The translations under genes and the position numbers were made by a program. This document shows positions 15,405 to 23,832 of a DNA stretch of 24,797 nucleotides, piece by piece. Numbering within the stretch: the stretch's first letter is position 1; each line of letters starts with the position of its first letter. Below the pieces are notes generated by a model, which saw only the letters and a list, made by a program, of their open reading frames with translations, did not search any database and was not told the origin of the DNA. This DNA comes from a virus (Duplodnaviria > Heunggongvirae > Uroviricota > Caudoviricetes), in the IMG/VR virus record IMGVR_UViG_3300017649_000001, positions 1 to 24,797 of that record; one strand, written 5' to 3'.

Positions 15405-16685
15405 ATGACCGCGCTTCAGAACGAAACAGCCACGCCTACCGCCAACGACAAAATCAAATGCCTTGTCGACGGACAGATGGTTCACTCCATTCAGAACCAT
15501 ATCGAGAAGAACCTTCCTGAATGGACCATCCAGCGCTATCAGGAAGCATATCCGGACACGCCGTTGTTCTCGCCTTATGGTGAAATGATCAAACAGCGTG
15601 CTCTCAAGAATGCCGAGGACCAGCGCAAGCAGCGTGAGGAGAAGGAGCGCCAGGTGGCGGATGCTGCACCAGCGCCCGTTGCCGGAACGTCGAATAACGT
15701 TGTGGTGGGTAACTTCGGTGGCAAGCAGGCCGAGCTGATCTCAAAAGTTGGCGCGATGCACGAACTTTTCGATCTTGGCGCCGTACCAGCAGCCATGGGT
15801 TCGAAGGGGCAGCCAATTGCGGTGCACTATTATGAAGGTCACACGGACCTCAATTCGCTCTATCTGCCGGCGACCGACGCTGCATATGTCTTCAACATCG
15901 ACCTCCTGAAGAAAGTCATTCTGGCGCTTCAGTTGAATTTCCCGATGCTGCTCTGGGGTAAACACGGCACTGGTAAGACGACCATCGTCGCCCAGGCATC
16001 TGCTCGAACGGGCCGTCCTGTTATGCGTGTCCAGCACACGATGAACATGCAGGAGTCTGACGTTATCGGTCAGTGGACTGTGAAGAACAGCGAAACGGTG
16101 TTCGAGCTTGGACCGCTTCCGACCGCCATGCTGAACGGTTGGGTTTACATCGCCGACGAATATGACTTCGCAATGCCTGCCGTGACAGCGCTCTACCAGC
16201 CGGTTCTCGAAGGTGAAGCTTTGATCATCAAGGACGCGCCAGCGCATCTTCGCAAGATCGTTCCGCACGAGAACTTCCGCTTCTTCGCTACCGGCAACAC
16301 GAACGGCACCGGCGACGAAACTGGTCTCTATCAAGGCACGACCATGCAGAACGCCGCCAACTACTCGCGCTTCAAGATCACCGAAGAGGTCGAGTACATG
16401 GACGCGAAGATCGAGGAAGCCATCATTTCTGCCAAGACTGGCGTCGACAAGACGGTTTCGCGCAATCTCGTGAAGTTCGCCAATCAGGTTCGTTCATCGT
16501 TCACTGAAGGCAAAATTTCTTCCACGATCTCTCCACGTGAGCTGATCTCGGCTGCTCAGATCGGCTTCGCGTTCGGTGGAAAGTGGGCTGTCGGTTTGCA
16601 GCTCGCGTTTTCCAATCGCTTGTCGTCGGTCGACAAATCGGCCTGCGAGCAGTTCATGAACCGAGTGTTTAAGGACGGCGAATAA
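15405..16685 (+). CDS. CobS-like MoxR AAA+ ATPase
   Basis: Walker A GKHGTGKT, Walker B IADEYD, FRFFATGNT, and C-terminal ISPRELI. Confidence 0.9.
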   Translation: MTALQNETATPTANDKIKCLVDGQMVHSIQNHIEKNLPEWTIQRYQEAYPDTPLFSPYGEMIKQRALKNAEDQRKQREEKERQVADAAPAPVAGTSNNVVVGNFGGKQAELISKVGAMHELFDLGAVPAAMGSKGQPIAVHYYEGHTDLNSLYLPATDAAYVFNIDLLKKVILALQLNFPMLLWGKHGTGKTTIVAQASARTGRPVMRVQHTMNMQESDVIGQWTVKNSETVFELGPLPTAMLNGWVYIADEYDFAMPAVTALYQPVLEGEALIIKDAPAHLRKIVPHENFRFFATGNTNGTGDETGLYQGTTMQNAANYSRFKITEEVEYMDAKIEEAIISAKTGVDKTVSRNLVKFANQVRSSFTEGKISSTISPRELISAAQIGFAFGGKWAVGLQLAFSNRLSSVDKSACEQFMNRVFKDGE

Positions 16686-16687
16686 TC

Positions 16688-17314
16688 GTGACGAACTATC
16701 GTGACCCGAAGAACAGCGAAGCGCAGATAAAGCGCTTCGCCTGGAAGGTGTTGCGACGTTTTCGTGCCGCAGGCGACCACTCCCACGAGATCGATGATGT
16801 TGTGCAGGAGCTATGGATCGCCTGGCACAAGGCTGTCCAAGCCTTCAACCCCGAAATGGGCGTGCCATTTGGTGCTTATCTGATGCGCGGAATGAAGTTC
16901 CACATCAACAAATACGCCGATGATCACGTCACCAAGCGTCACGATGAAGTTGTGGCGCTGTCGATGGATATGACGTTCGACGAAGATAAAGCCTTCGCGA
17001 ACATCATTCCGGACACCGCAGAGCTTCAGGATGAGGTCGTTATCAAGCGCGGTCTATTTGAGCGCGTGGTGGCTGAACTTTCGCCAGACGCCAAGACGTT
17101 CGTCCGGATCATGACAGATGATTCCGAAGAGCTTCGACACGAAGTGAGGGCGATCGAGGAGCGGAACAACTACGCAAGCTCTCAAAGGGTGCGCAGCCTG
17201 CTTCCACTCGGCCTCTCTGAAACTGCCGTCTTCGAGTTGATGGGCGCAACATACCGTCAGCGTGAACGGATTTTGGCAGAGATTGAGAATGTGAGCCAAA
17301 GGTACAGCAAATGA
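16688..17314 (+). CDS. Sigma70-family (region 2)-like transcription factor
   Basis: EIDDVVQELWIAWHKAVQAFNPEMGVPFGAYLMRGMKFHI fits sigma region 2; LSMD follows. GTG start. Confidence 0.75.
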   Translation: MTNYRDPKNSEAQIKRFAWKVLRRFRAAGDHSHEIDDVVQELWIAWHKAVQAFNPEMGVPFGAYLMRGMKFHINKYADDHVTKRHDEVVALSMDMTFDEDKAFANIIPDTAELQDEVVIKRGLFERVVAELSPDAKTFVRIMTDDSEELRHEVRAIEERNNYASSQRVRSLLPLGLSETAVFELMGATYRQRERILAEIENVSQRYSK

Positions 17315-17835
17315 CCAATACTCCGCAGTTTGCCCCAGGCTGTTTTGGTTCAGCGCTTGCTTTCAAGAGCGCTGACCAGATTTGTCGCCAGTGTGTGTTT
17401 CGCGCTCAGTGCGAGCCTGAACACTACAAAAACCTTCAGGCGCTTCGCGACAAATACGGCATCAAGTCGAAGGATCGTCCGAAGGTCCTGAACGATGATG
17501 ACGAGAAGTACCCGGGGCTGACTGCGAAAGTGGTCGAGGTGATCGAACGTCTCAAGCGTATGGATATCGACGTGAAGGGAATATTCAAAAGCGGTCAGAA
17601 CCCGTTCGTCGGCCGGAATATGTTTCCTTTCGAGTTCATCTGTCATGCAGCGTTGAAGCAACCGGATCGCAAGCTTGAAATGCGCCAAGTCGCGATCTTC
17701 TTTGCGCAAAAGCTGAATTGGGCCCCGAATACGGCAGCCGCTCAGGCTCGCATTGTCTGCAAAGCGCTCGAATATTTCAATGTGGTTCGCTGTGAAGGCG
17801 ACCAGGTTATCTCCACTCTCGCTGATAACGGATGA
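17311..17835 (+). CDS. Hypothetical protein with N-terminal Cys cluster and possible winged helix
   Basis: PGCFGS...CRQC...C at the N-terminus; ATGA overlap with the sigma-like gene. Confidence 0.75.
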   Translation: MTNTPQFAPGCFGSALAFKSADQICRQCVFRAQCEPEHYKNLQALRDKYGIKSKDRPKVLNDDDEKYPGLTAKVVEVIERLKRMDIDVKGIFKSGQNPFVGRNMFPFEFICHAALKQPDRKLEMRQVAIFFAQKLNWAPNTAAAQARIVCKALEYFNVVRCEGDQVISTLADNG

Positions 17836-17838
17836 TTT

Positions 17839-20800
17839 ATGAATACCGCCCTCGCCTGCCGTTCTGATTTCTCCCTTGGTGAGTCCATTTTGACCACCGA
17901 TTATATCGTGCGTGACGCGAAAGCTGCCGGGCAGACTGCCGTGGCGCTTACTGACACAATGAGCGTTACCGCAATGACGAACTTTTTCGGTGCCGCGAAA
18001 AAGGATGGGCTGAAGGCGATCATTGGAACGCGTCTACGTTTAACAGACAATCCAACCTGGCGGCCTGGCAAGGACCAGAAGAAAAAGGATATGCCGCGTA
18101 CTTACTGCGCGATCCTTTATGCGCGTACTGAGGCGGGTCTAAAGGTGATCTATCGCCTTCTGTCACTCGCTAATTCAGAAGCACGGTTCTACTACGAGTC
18201 CAAGCTTGGCTTCGACGATCTGTATAAGGAGCTGGACGCCGCGGGTAATGACGATCTGGCGATCGTGTATGGCGATACACATAGCATTCTGGAACACCCT
18301 GAGTTCGATAAGATCGCTTCGCGGTTAAAGACGACTGGTGTTTCTGAGATTTTTGCGCCGTTCGTTCCGGTAAACACCCCGTATTTCGCTCGATTGTCAG
18401 AGTTGGCTGCTAATGCGTGCCGTGACGGCTATGCGAAGCCGCTTGTTATTCGACCAGCGCTCTATGAGCGCGATGCTGCGGATTATAAAGAAATCATCAC
18501 GGCTGCGATCGGCAATCAGAAGATTACTGATCCTTGGTTTCGCTCTGCCTACAATCGCGACTTTCATATCATGCAAAAGCCGGAACTGACGGCCGAGCTG
18601 GTGAAAACTGGCAAGATGTTGCAGACGCTTGGTAAGGATGAAGCGTTGAAGCAGATGCGCGCAGGCATCGCCAATACTGAAACCTTTCCCGATCTGTTCA
18701 CGTATGAATGGAGCAAATCCGGCGTCACTCTGCCAAAGCTAGTTCCCAACGAGTTCGCAAAAGTAGTCGAGGAATGCAAGCTTGGCTGGACACGTCGGTT
18801 CATGTCACCGGTTTTTGGTCATATGCCGGATATGACTGAACTGAGCACGGTTTACATGCCGCGTTTGAAATACGAGCTGGAAGTTCTCCAAAAGCTCGAC
18901 TTCTCTGGCTACTTTCTGCTCGTCCAGGATATCGTTCGACATGCAAAGGATTCAGGTATTCTTGTAGGTCCAGGTCGAGGCTCCGTCGGCGGCTCCCTTG
19001 TCGCTTATCTTATGGGCATCACTGAATGCGATCCAATCAGGTTCGGCCTTCTGTTCGAACGCTTCATCAATCCGGAGCGTATCGACTTGCCTGACGCCGA
19101 TCTCGACTTCATGTCCGAGCGCCGTCACGAGATTTTCGAATATCTGTATGCCAAATATGGCGAGGAATACACTGCCGGTGTCTCAAACTACGGCACACTC
19201 GGCGGCGCATCTGCAATTCGCGACGTATCGAAGGCAATGGGTATCCCGGAGCGCGAGTATTCGATCTCCAAGATGGTGCCGAAAGAGCACGGTCAGCCAG
19301 TCGCTCTTCAGAAGGCTCGTGAGAGTGTGCCCGAGATTGACGACTACGCTACCAAATACGAGGCAGTGTGGTCAGTTATCGAGCGCGCCGAAGACAACAT
19401 GCGATCTTATGGTCAGCACGCAGCCGGTGTCGTTGTAGCCGGTGAGCCGCTTGTAAATCGTGCGGTTCTGGAGCGTCGCGCAAACGGTCAGGTTGTCTGT
19501 TGGGACAAGCGCATCGTTGAAGATCAGGGATTGGTAAAGGTTGATATTCTTGGCCTGAAAACACTCGATCTAATCGATCTGGCGCTGACCTATATTCGCG
19601 AGCGATACACAAGCGTCCCGGATCTTCATCAAATCCCGCTTGATGATGAGAAAGTGCTCGCCAATTTTGCTGAAGGTAACTCTGTTGCTGTGTTCCAGTT
19701 CGAAAGCCCTGGAATGAGAAAGTTGCTGCGCGAAGTCGGTGCAGGTGGCGATATCACATTTGAAGACGTCTCTGCCTGCACCGCACTTTATCGACCTGGC
19801 CCGATGGAGTCAGGTATGATGGACAGCTTCTACTTGCGCAAACAGGGTAAAGAGCCAGTTTCTTATGATCACGCCCTTATGGAAGACGTTCTGAAGGAAA
19901 CATTCGGCGTTATCACCTATCAGGAACAGGTCATGCGTATCTCTCAGGTGATCGCAGGCTATTCCGGCGCCGAAGCAGACAAACTGCGCAAGATCATGGG
20001 CAAAAAACAGCCTGACGAAATGGCAAAGCAGAAGGATAAGTTCATAGAAGGCTGCGTCAACACAATCGGCGCAACTGAGACGTGGGCTGGCTCGCTGTTT
20101 GAAAAGATCGCAGGTTTCGCGGGCTACGGTTTCAATAAAAGCCATAGTATCGAGTACACGCTGATCTCCTATCAGTCGATGTACCTCAAGACCTATTATC
20201 CTGCAGAGTTCTATGCGGCAGCCTTGTCGATCCTTGATGACGACAAACTTAACGCCATCGTTAGAGACGCCAAGCGAGCGGGTATCGACATTTCTGTGCC
20301 CGATATCAATATCTCCACCAACCGGTTCGAGATTGCGACCAGCGCTCGCCTTGTAACACCTTTCAATCGTATCAAAGGAATTTCGTCACGTACCGGCGAT
20401 GCAATATTGGCGGCGCGCGCAGCAGGTCCGTTTAAAGACAAGGCTGATTTTTTGGCGCGTGTCGAGCGACAGAAGTGCAATGTAAAGCACCAAAAGCTTC
20501 TCGATGACGTTGGTGCGTTCTCGCGCATTGAGTTAAGTCAACCCCCAGCGGACGATCCCACCCGTATTCTGTCGCAGATCGAGCTTCTGCCGGGCCTTGT
20601 TATCAGCACGGTCCCGGTCAATCGCGACCTCGATGCATCGAAGCTATCGCGTGAAATGGTTTCTGACGTGATCAACGCCTGCAGAACGGCTTATGGTCCG
20701 ACGGCACCTGTGCCAGATGGTGTTATCGTATCGCCGAGGTTCGGTAAGGACGCGCGTTTTGTTGTCGTGATGGATGCGCCAAGCAAAGATGAGGAAGATG

Positions 20801-21198
20801 CCGGCGTTATGGGTCCGTCAAATGCCGCAGAAGCGATCAAGGATGCGCTCGCTCTACACGGTATGACGATTGATGAAATGTACTGGACAGCGCTGATCAA
20901 GCGGCCCAAACAGGGCAAACAAGTCATGCCAGACGAGATCGCCAAGTATGCGCCATTTCTTGAGCGCGAGCTTGAGCAGATCGGTTCGCCCGTCATCGTC
21001 ACGCTTGGCACTGCTGCCACGCGGTATTTCCTTCCTGACTTTAAAGGTAAGGCGTCAGACGCTGCCGGTCAGATCCATTACGACAAGACCCGCGACGTGA
21101 ATATCGTCGTCGGTTTTAATCCGAACGAGATCCATTTCGATCCCGACAAACTCGAAAATCTCGTTGAGGTTTTCGCGTCCGTTGTCGATCTGCTCTAG
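17839..21198 (+). CDS. dnaE: DNA polymerase III alpha subunit (family C) with C-terminal UDG-like domain
   Basis: PHP-like N-terminus (RSDFSLGES, LTDT), GPGRGSVGGSL, catalytic PDADLDF, KVDILGLKTL, FQFES, ALYRPGPM, GYGFNKSH, PDINIS. The last ~185 aa follow a family-4 UDG pattern. Confidence 0.95.
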   Translation: MNTALACRSDFSLGESILTTDYIVRDAKAAGQTAVALTDTMSVTAMTNFFGAAKKDGLKAIIGTRLRLTDNPTWRPGKDQKKKDMPRTYCAILYARTEAGLKVIYRLLSLANSEARFYYESKLGFDDLYKELDAAGNDDLAIVYGDTHSILEHPEFDKIASRLKTTGVSEIFAPFVPVNTPYFARLSELAANACRDGYAKPLVIRPALYERDAADYKEIITAAIGNQKITDPWFRSAYNRDFHIMQKPELTAELVKTGKMLQTLGKDEALKQMRAGIANTETFPDLFTYEWSKSGVTLPKLVPNEFAKVVEECKLGWTRRFMSPVFGHMPDMTELSTVYMPRLKYELEVLQKLDFSGYFLLVQDIVRHAKDSGILVGPGRGSVGGSLVAYLMGITECDPIRFGLLFERFINPERIDLPDADLDFMSERRHEIFEYLYAKYGEEYTAGVSNYGTLGGASAIRDVSKAMGIPEREYSISKMVPKEHGQPVALQKARESVPEIDDYATKYEAVWSVIERAEDNMRSYGQHAAGVVVAGEPLVNRAVLERRANGQVVCWDKRIVEDQGLVKVDILGLKTLDLIDLALTYIRERYTSVPDLHQIPLDDEKVLANFAEGNSVAVFQFESPGMRKLLREVGAGGDITFEDVSACTALYRPGPMESGMMDSFYLRKQGKEPVSYDHALMEDVLKETFGVITYQEQVMRISQVIAGYSGAEADKLRKIMGKKQPDEMAKQKDKFIEGCVNTIGATETWAGSLFEKIAGFAGYGFNKSHSIEYTLISYQSMYLKTYYPAEFYAAALSILDDDKLNAIVRDAKRAGIDISVPDINISTNRFEIATSARLVTPFNRIKGISSRTGDAILAARAAGPFKDKADFLARVERQKCNVKHQKLLDDVGAFSRIELSQPPADDPTRILSQIELLPGLVISTVPVNRDLDASKLSREMVSDVINACRTAYGPTAPVPDGVIVSPRFGKDARFVVVMDAPSKDEEDAGVMGPSNAAEAIKDALALHGMTIDEMYWTALIKRPKQGKQVMPDEIAKYAPFLERELEQIGSPVIVTLGTAATRYFLPDFKGKASDAAGQIHYDKTRDVNIVVGFNPNEIHFDPDKLENLVEVFASVVDLL

Positions 21199-21207
21199 GA
21201 GTTTCAG

Positions 21208-21891
21208 TTGCGCATATTTGGTGGAGACTGCAATCCGGGTAGTCCAAGAATTATAGATATTGAGAACCGGATCGAAACCATCATCGCCGGCTCCAAAATT
21301 CTTCGTCAGTCGCGTGAATTTGTTCACCCTGCGTTGGCTATGGAACTCAGGCTTATGCTTGAGAGCTTGGAAAACGGCTTGGCGTCTTATAGATATCTCG
21401 CCAATCTCTTGCTCAGATACTCGCTCTATAATCTCGCGGACACGACGCATAGAGTTTTGGCGACGAAAATCGCCACCTTGTCGCACATAATCACCAGTCT
21501 TTTGGGTACAGGTAAGGTCTACGCTCAACCTGTTCGTGAGATCAGAGCTTCATTTAAGGAAGTTCACGCTCTAATGGAGCTGACTGCTTACCTTAATGAA
21601 GCTCTCAACGTGAAGAAAACCGACGGGGACACTCATAAAATCAATGGCGCTGAAATAACGCTGCGCGGTTTCAAGAGCACGATTGCCGAAAATGCAGACA
21701 GTACATTTTCGGCAATCGTATCTACGGATGAATTTGTTCTGTCCGAGGGGCTTTTTACAGTAGCTCCGATATTATCAACGTTCGAACATTTCGACTTGGA
21801 ATCGGGTTATTTCCCGTTCCCCACTCCAGCCGAAGCTATAATTAAAATCGAAATGACACATGAAACACTCCCTGGTTTCGGTGCGTTCTGA
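21208..21891 (+). CDS. Hypothetical protein, C-terminal FGAF motif (#4)
   Basis: TTG start after AGGAG, which overlaps the dnaE stop. Ends ...HETLPGFGAF*. Confidence 0.7.
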   Translation: MRIFGGDCNPGSPRIIDIENRIETIIAGSKILRQSREFVHPALAMELRLMLESLENGLASYRYLANLLLRYSLYNLADTTHRVLATKIATLSHIITSLLGTGKVYAQPVREIRASFKEVHALMELTAYLNEALNVKKTDGDTHKINGAEITLRGFKSTIAENADSTFSAIVSTDEFVLSEGLFTVAPILSTFEHFDLESGYFPFPTPAEAIIKIEMTHETLPGFGAF

Positions 21892-21900
21892 AGGTGAAAA

Positions 21901-22416
21901 ATGGCTGAAGAAGAAACCAAACACGTTGTCAACGTGATGGATTACACCGACCCAAAAGTTTTGGGCACGGATCTGTCATATTCGACGACCGATCTTTCTA
22001 CCGCGATGCAGAAGCAATCGCCGCTGTTCGCACATTATGGCGTTCAGGCAGCAAAAGCGTCCGCTCAGGTAGACGCCTTGAAGCTGGTTCTCGAAACGAC
22101 CGAGGCCAATGTTTACAAGGTTCTTCGTTCGTCCTTGCTTGCCACTGGCGACAAGCCCACCGAGGCGCAGCTTGAAAAGCTCGTTTCGGCCCATGAGAAG
22201 GTAATCGCTATCAAAAAGGCGATCATTAAGGCAAAGCAGATCGAATCCAATGCGAAGACAGCGGTCGAAGCCTTCCGGCATCGTAAGGATATGCTTATTC
22301 AACATGGCCTCATTTCGCGTGAGGAAATGCGTGGCGACATTCGTATCGCCGAGAAAAATCAACGGGATGATATTGTCGCTCAATATCATAACCGTCGTCA
22401 GGCCGAAGCCTCTTAA
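21901..22416 (+). CDS. UvsY-like helical recombination/ssDNA-binding mediator
   Basis: All-helical protein with ...KPTEAQLEKLV...AVEAFRHRKDMLIQ, resembling UvsY-type proteins; lies near the SSB gene. Confidence 0.55.
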   Translation: MAEEETKHVVNVMDYTDPKVLGTDLSYSTTDLSTAMQKQSPLFAHYGVQAAKASAQVDALKLVLETTEANVYKVLRSSLLATGDKPTEAQLEKLVSAHEKVIAIKKAIIKAKQIESNAKTAVEAFRHRKDMLIQHGLISREEMRGDIRIAEKNQRDDIVAQYHNRRQAEAS

Positions 22417-22423
22417 AATCTCG

Positions 22424-22470
22424 TTGCAACCCGTCTCTGTTGTCTGTAAAGATAACTAATCAATTAGTGA
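22424..22470 (+). promoter_or_regulatory. Putative promoter followed by an operator palindrome
   Basis: TTGCAA(22424)-17-TAAAGA(22447), then TAACTAA-tcaa-TTAGTGA at 22453-22470. Confidence 0.7.
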
Positions 22471-22480
22471 GATTAACCAA

Positions 22481-22720
22481 ATGTTGAACAAACTTCTCAT
22501 TCTCTTGAAGCTACGCAAGCCTAGCCGCACGATCGCTTCAATTACCAGTTCGGTCGCGAAAATCCGACAGGAGCTGGCCGAGCACGCCGTCGAGCAGCAG
22601 CAGAAATCTGAACAGCTCTCCGAGGAAGCGCATAAGCTTCTAGCCGACTCCGGCGCTGCCGATGTTGAATCCAAGAACGCTCTCGCGCTCTCAGCAAAAT
22701 ACGCCGAGCTGGTAGTTTAA
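22481..22720 (+). CDS. Small coiled-coil hypothetical protein
   Basis: 79-aa ORF with heptad-like helix, directly downstream of an operator. Confidence 0.65.
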   Translation: MLNKLLILLKLRKPSRTIASITSSVAKIRQELAEHAVEQQQKSEQLSEEAHKLLADSGAADVESKNALALSAKYAELVV

Positions 22721-22765
22721 CTGCCAGCTTAGCCCCTCTCAGCCGACGCTATATCGAAGCAGTTA

Positions 22766-22799
22766 AGTCACTAGATAACTACCTAGTTAAGTAGTGACT
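22766..22799. promoter_or_regulatory. Degenerate operator / nested palindromes upstream of the SSB gene
   Basis: AGTCACTA...TAGTGACT arms enclose TAACTA-cc-TAGTTA (22776-22789). Confidence 0.5.
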
Positions 22800-22843
22800 G
22801 GACAGCACAAAACACAAAGCCTTAAAGCACAAAGGATAAAGCA

Positions 22844-23818
22844 ATGGCTCTTTCTGCAGAATTTCGCGCACTTCTCTCGCAGTCCAAAGCAAAATACTCC
22901 TCGAATAACACCAAGACGATCAAGCCGAAGGACGGTCGCAACACTTATCGACTTCTCGTTCCGAACGCTGAATGGGTCAAGAATGGCAAATTCTGGGCTG
23001 ATCTCGGACTTCATTGGATCAAGTCTGATCCGGACGGCAAGCCGCTTGCAGTCGTCGGCGACTGTGAAGTTGTTTACGGCCAGTATTCCCCGATCAACGC
23101 GATGATTCAGGCAGCTATCGCTGGCGCCAACTACAACGAAGACGCCAAGAAGCTCTACGAAAGCTGGAAGTCGCGCAAGTCGATCCTCGTCAATGTTCTG
23201 GATCGCAGCACGAACTCTGATCAACCTGAAATTCTTGAAATCACGCCTACGACCTTCTCTTCGATCCTTGAACAGATCGAATTGTATGCGGACTCGGGCG
23301 TCGACATTCTCGATCCGGTGCATGGTATGGACATTATCATCACCAAGTCGGGCAAGATGCTCAACACCAAGTACGAAGTCGCTGTTGCGCCCCAGGTGCC
23401 CGGCAAGGCTTCGGCGCCGGTGACGCCGGCTCAGCTCGCCGCCTGTAACGATCTCCAGAAGTTCATCGCGGACAACTACTTCCGCGGCGAAGAGGAGAAG
23501 GCAATGAACCTGATCTCACAGTTCTCCGGCGTTGTCGCTCCGAATGCTCCAGCGGCGCTCGGCACCACGCGTACTGCAACCCCTGCCCTCACCGCGTCGA
23601 GCGCAGTTGTTGAAGGTGCTCAAGTTGTGCAGCAGGTGACGCAGCCTGTTCAGGCTGAAATTGTCCAGACCACGCCGGTGCAGCCCGTACAGACTGTGCA
23701 ACAGGTTCAGCCTGTTCAGCAGACGGCTGCTCCCGTTCAGACCATCGATGGTGGTCTCGCTCTCTCGCCCGAAGCAGAGCGCGATATCTTCAACGAACTG
23801 GACAGCATGTTGAACTGA
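22844..23818 (+). CDS. Single-stranded DNA-binding protein (T4 gp32-like)
   Basis: KPKDGRNTYRLL...LHWIK...LEITPTTF...GMDIIITKSGK..NTKYEV fits phage SSBs; low-complexity Q/V/P/T linker and acidic C-terminus DIFNELDSMLN. RBS AAGGA. Confidence 0.72.
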   Translation: MALSAEFRALLSQSKAKYSSNNTKTIKPKDGRNTYRLLVPNAEWVKNGKFWADLGLHWIKSDPDGKPLAVVGDCEVVYGQYSPINAMIQAAIAGANYNEDAKKLYESWKSRKSILVNVLDRSTNSDQPEILEITPTTFSSILEQIELYADSGVDILDPVHGMDIIITKSGKMLNTKYEVAVAPQVPGKASAPVTPAQLAACNDLQKFIADNYFRGEEEKAMNLISQFSGVVAPNAPAALGTTRTATPALTASSAVVEGAQVVQQVTQPVQAEIVQTTPVQPVQTVQQVQPVQQTAAPVQTIDGGLALSPEAERDIFNELDSMLN

Positions 23819-23832
23819 TCTCATCGAAATCG

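Noticed and set aside
13205-16685. Calling the pair cobalamin biosynthesis (cobS/cobT auxiliary metabolic genes)
   Set aside because: No cobN or other cob gene is present; MoxR/vWA pairs are common in large phages with other roles.
6743-21891. FGAF-coding DNA as a recombination site or cassette repeat (attC-like)
   Set aside because: Third codon positions and stop codons differ and the flanks share nothing, so conservation is at protein level.
9085-22416. Shared -EAS* ending of the 8527 and 21901 proteins
   Set aside because: Only two cases, and the first is constrained by the overlapping GGAGG RBS of the ligase.
12188-22487. CtrA boxes (TTAA-N7-TTAA) at about 12189 and 22473
   Set aside because: Both are TTAA-N7-TTGA near-matches in AT-rich DNA; not distinguishable from chance.
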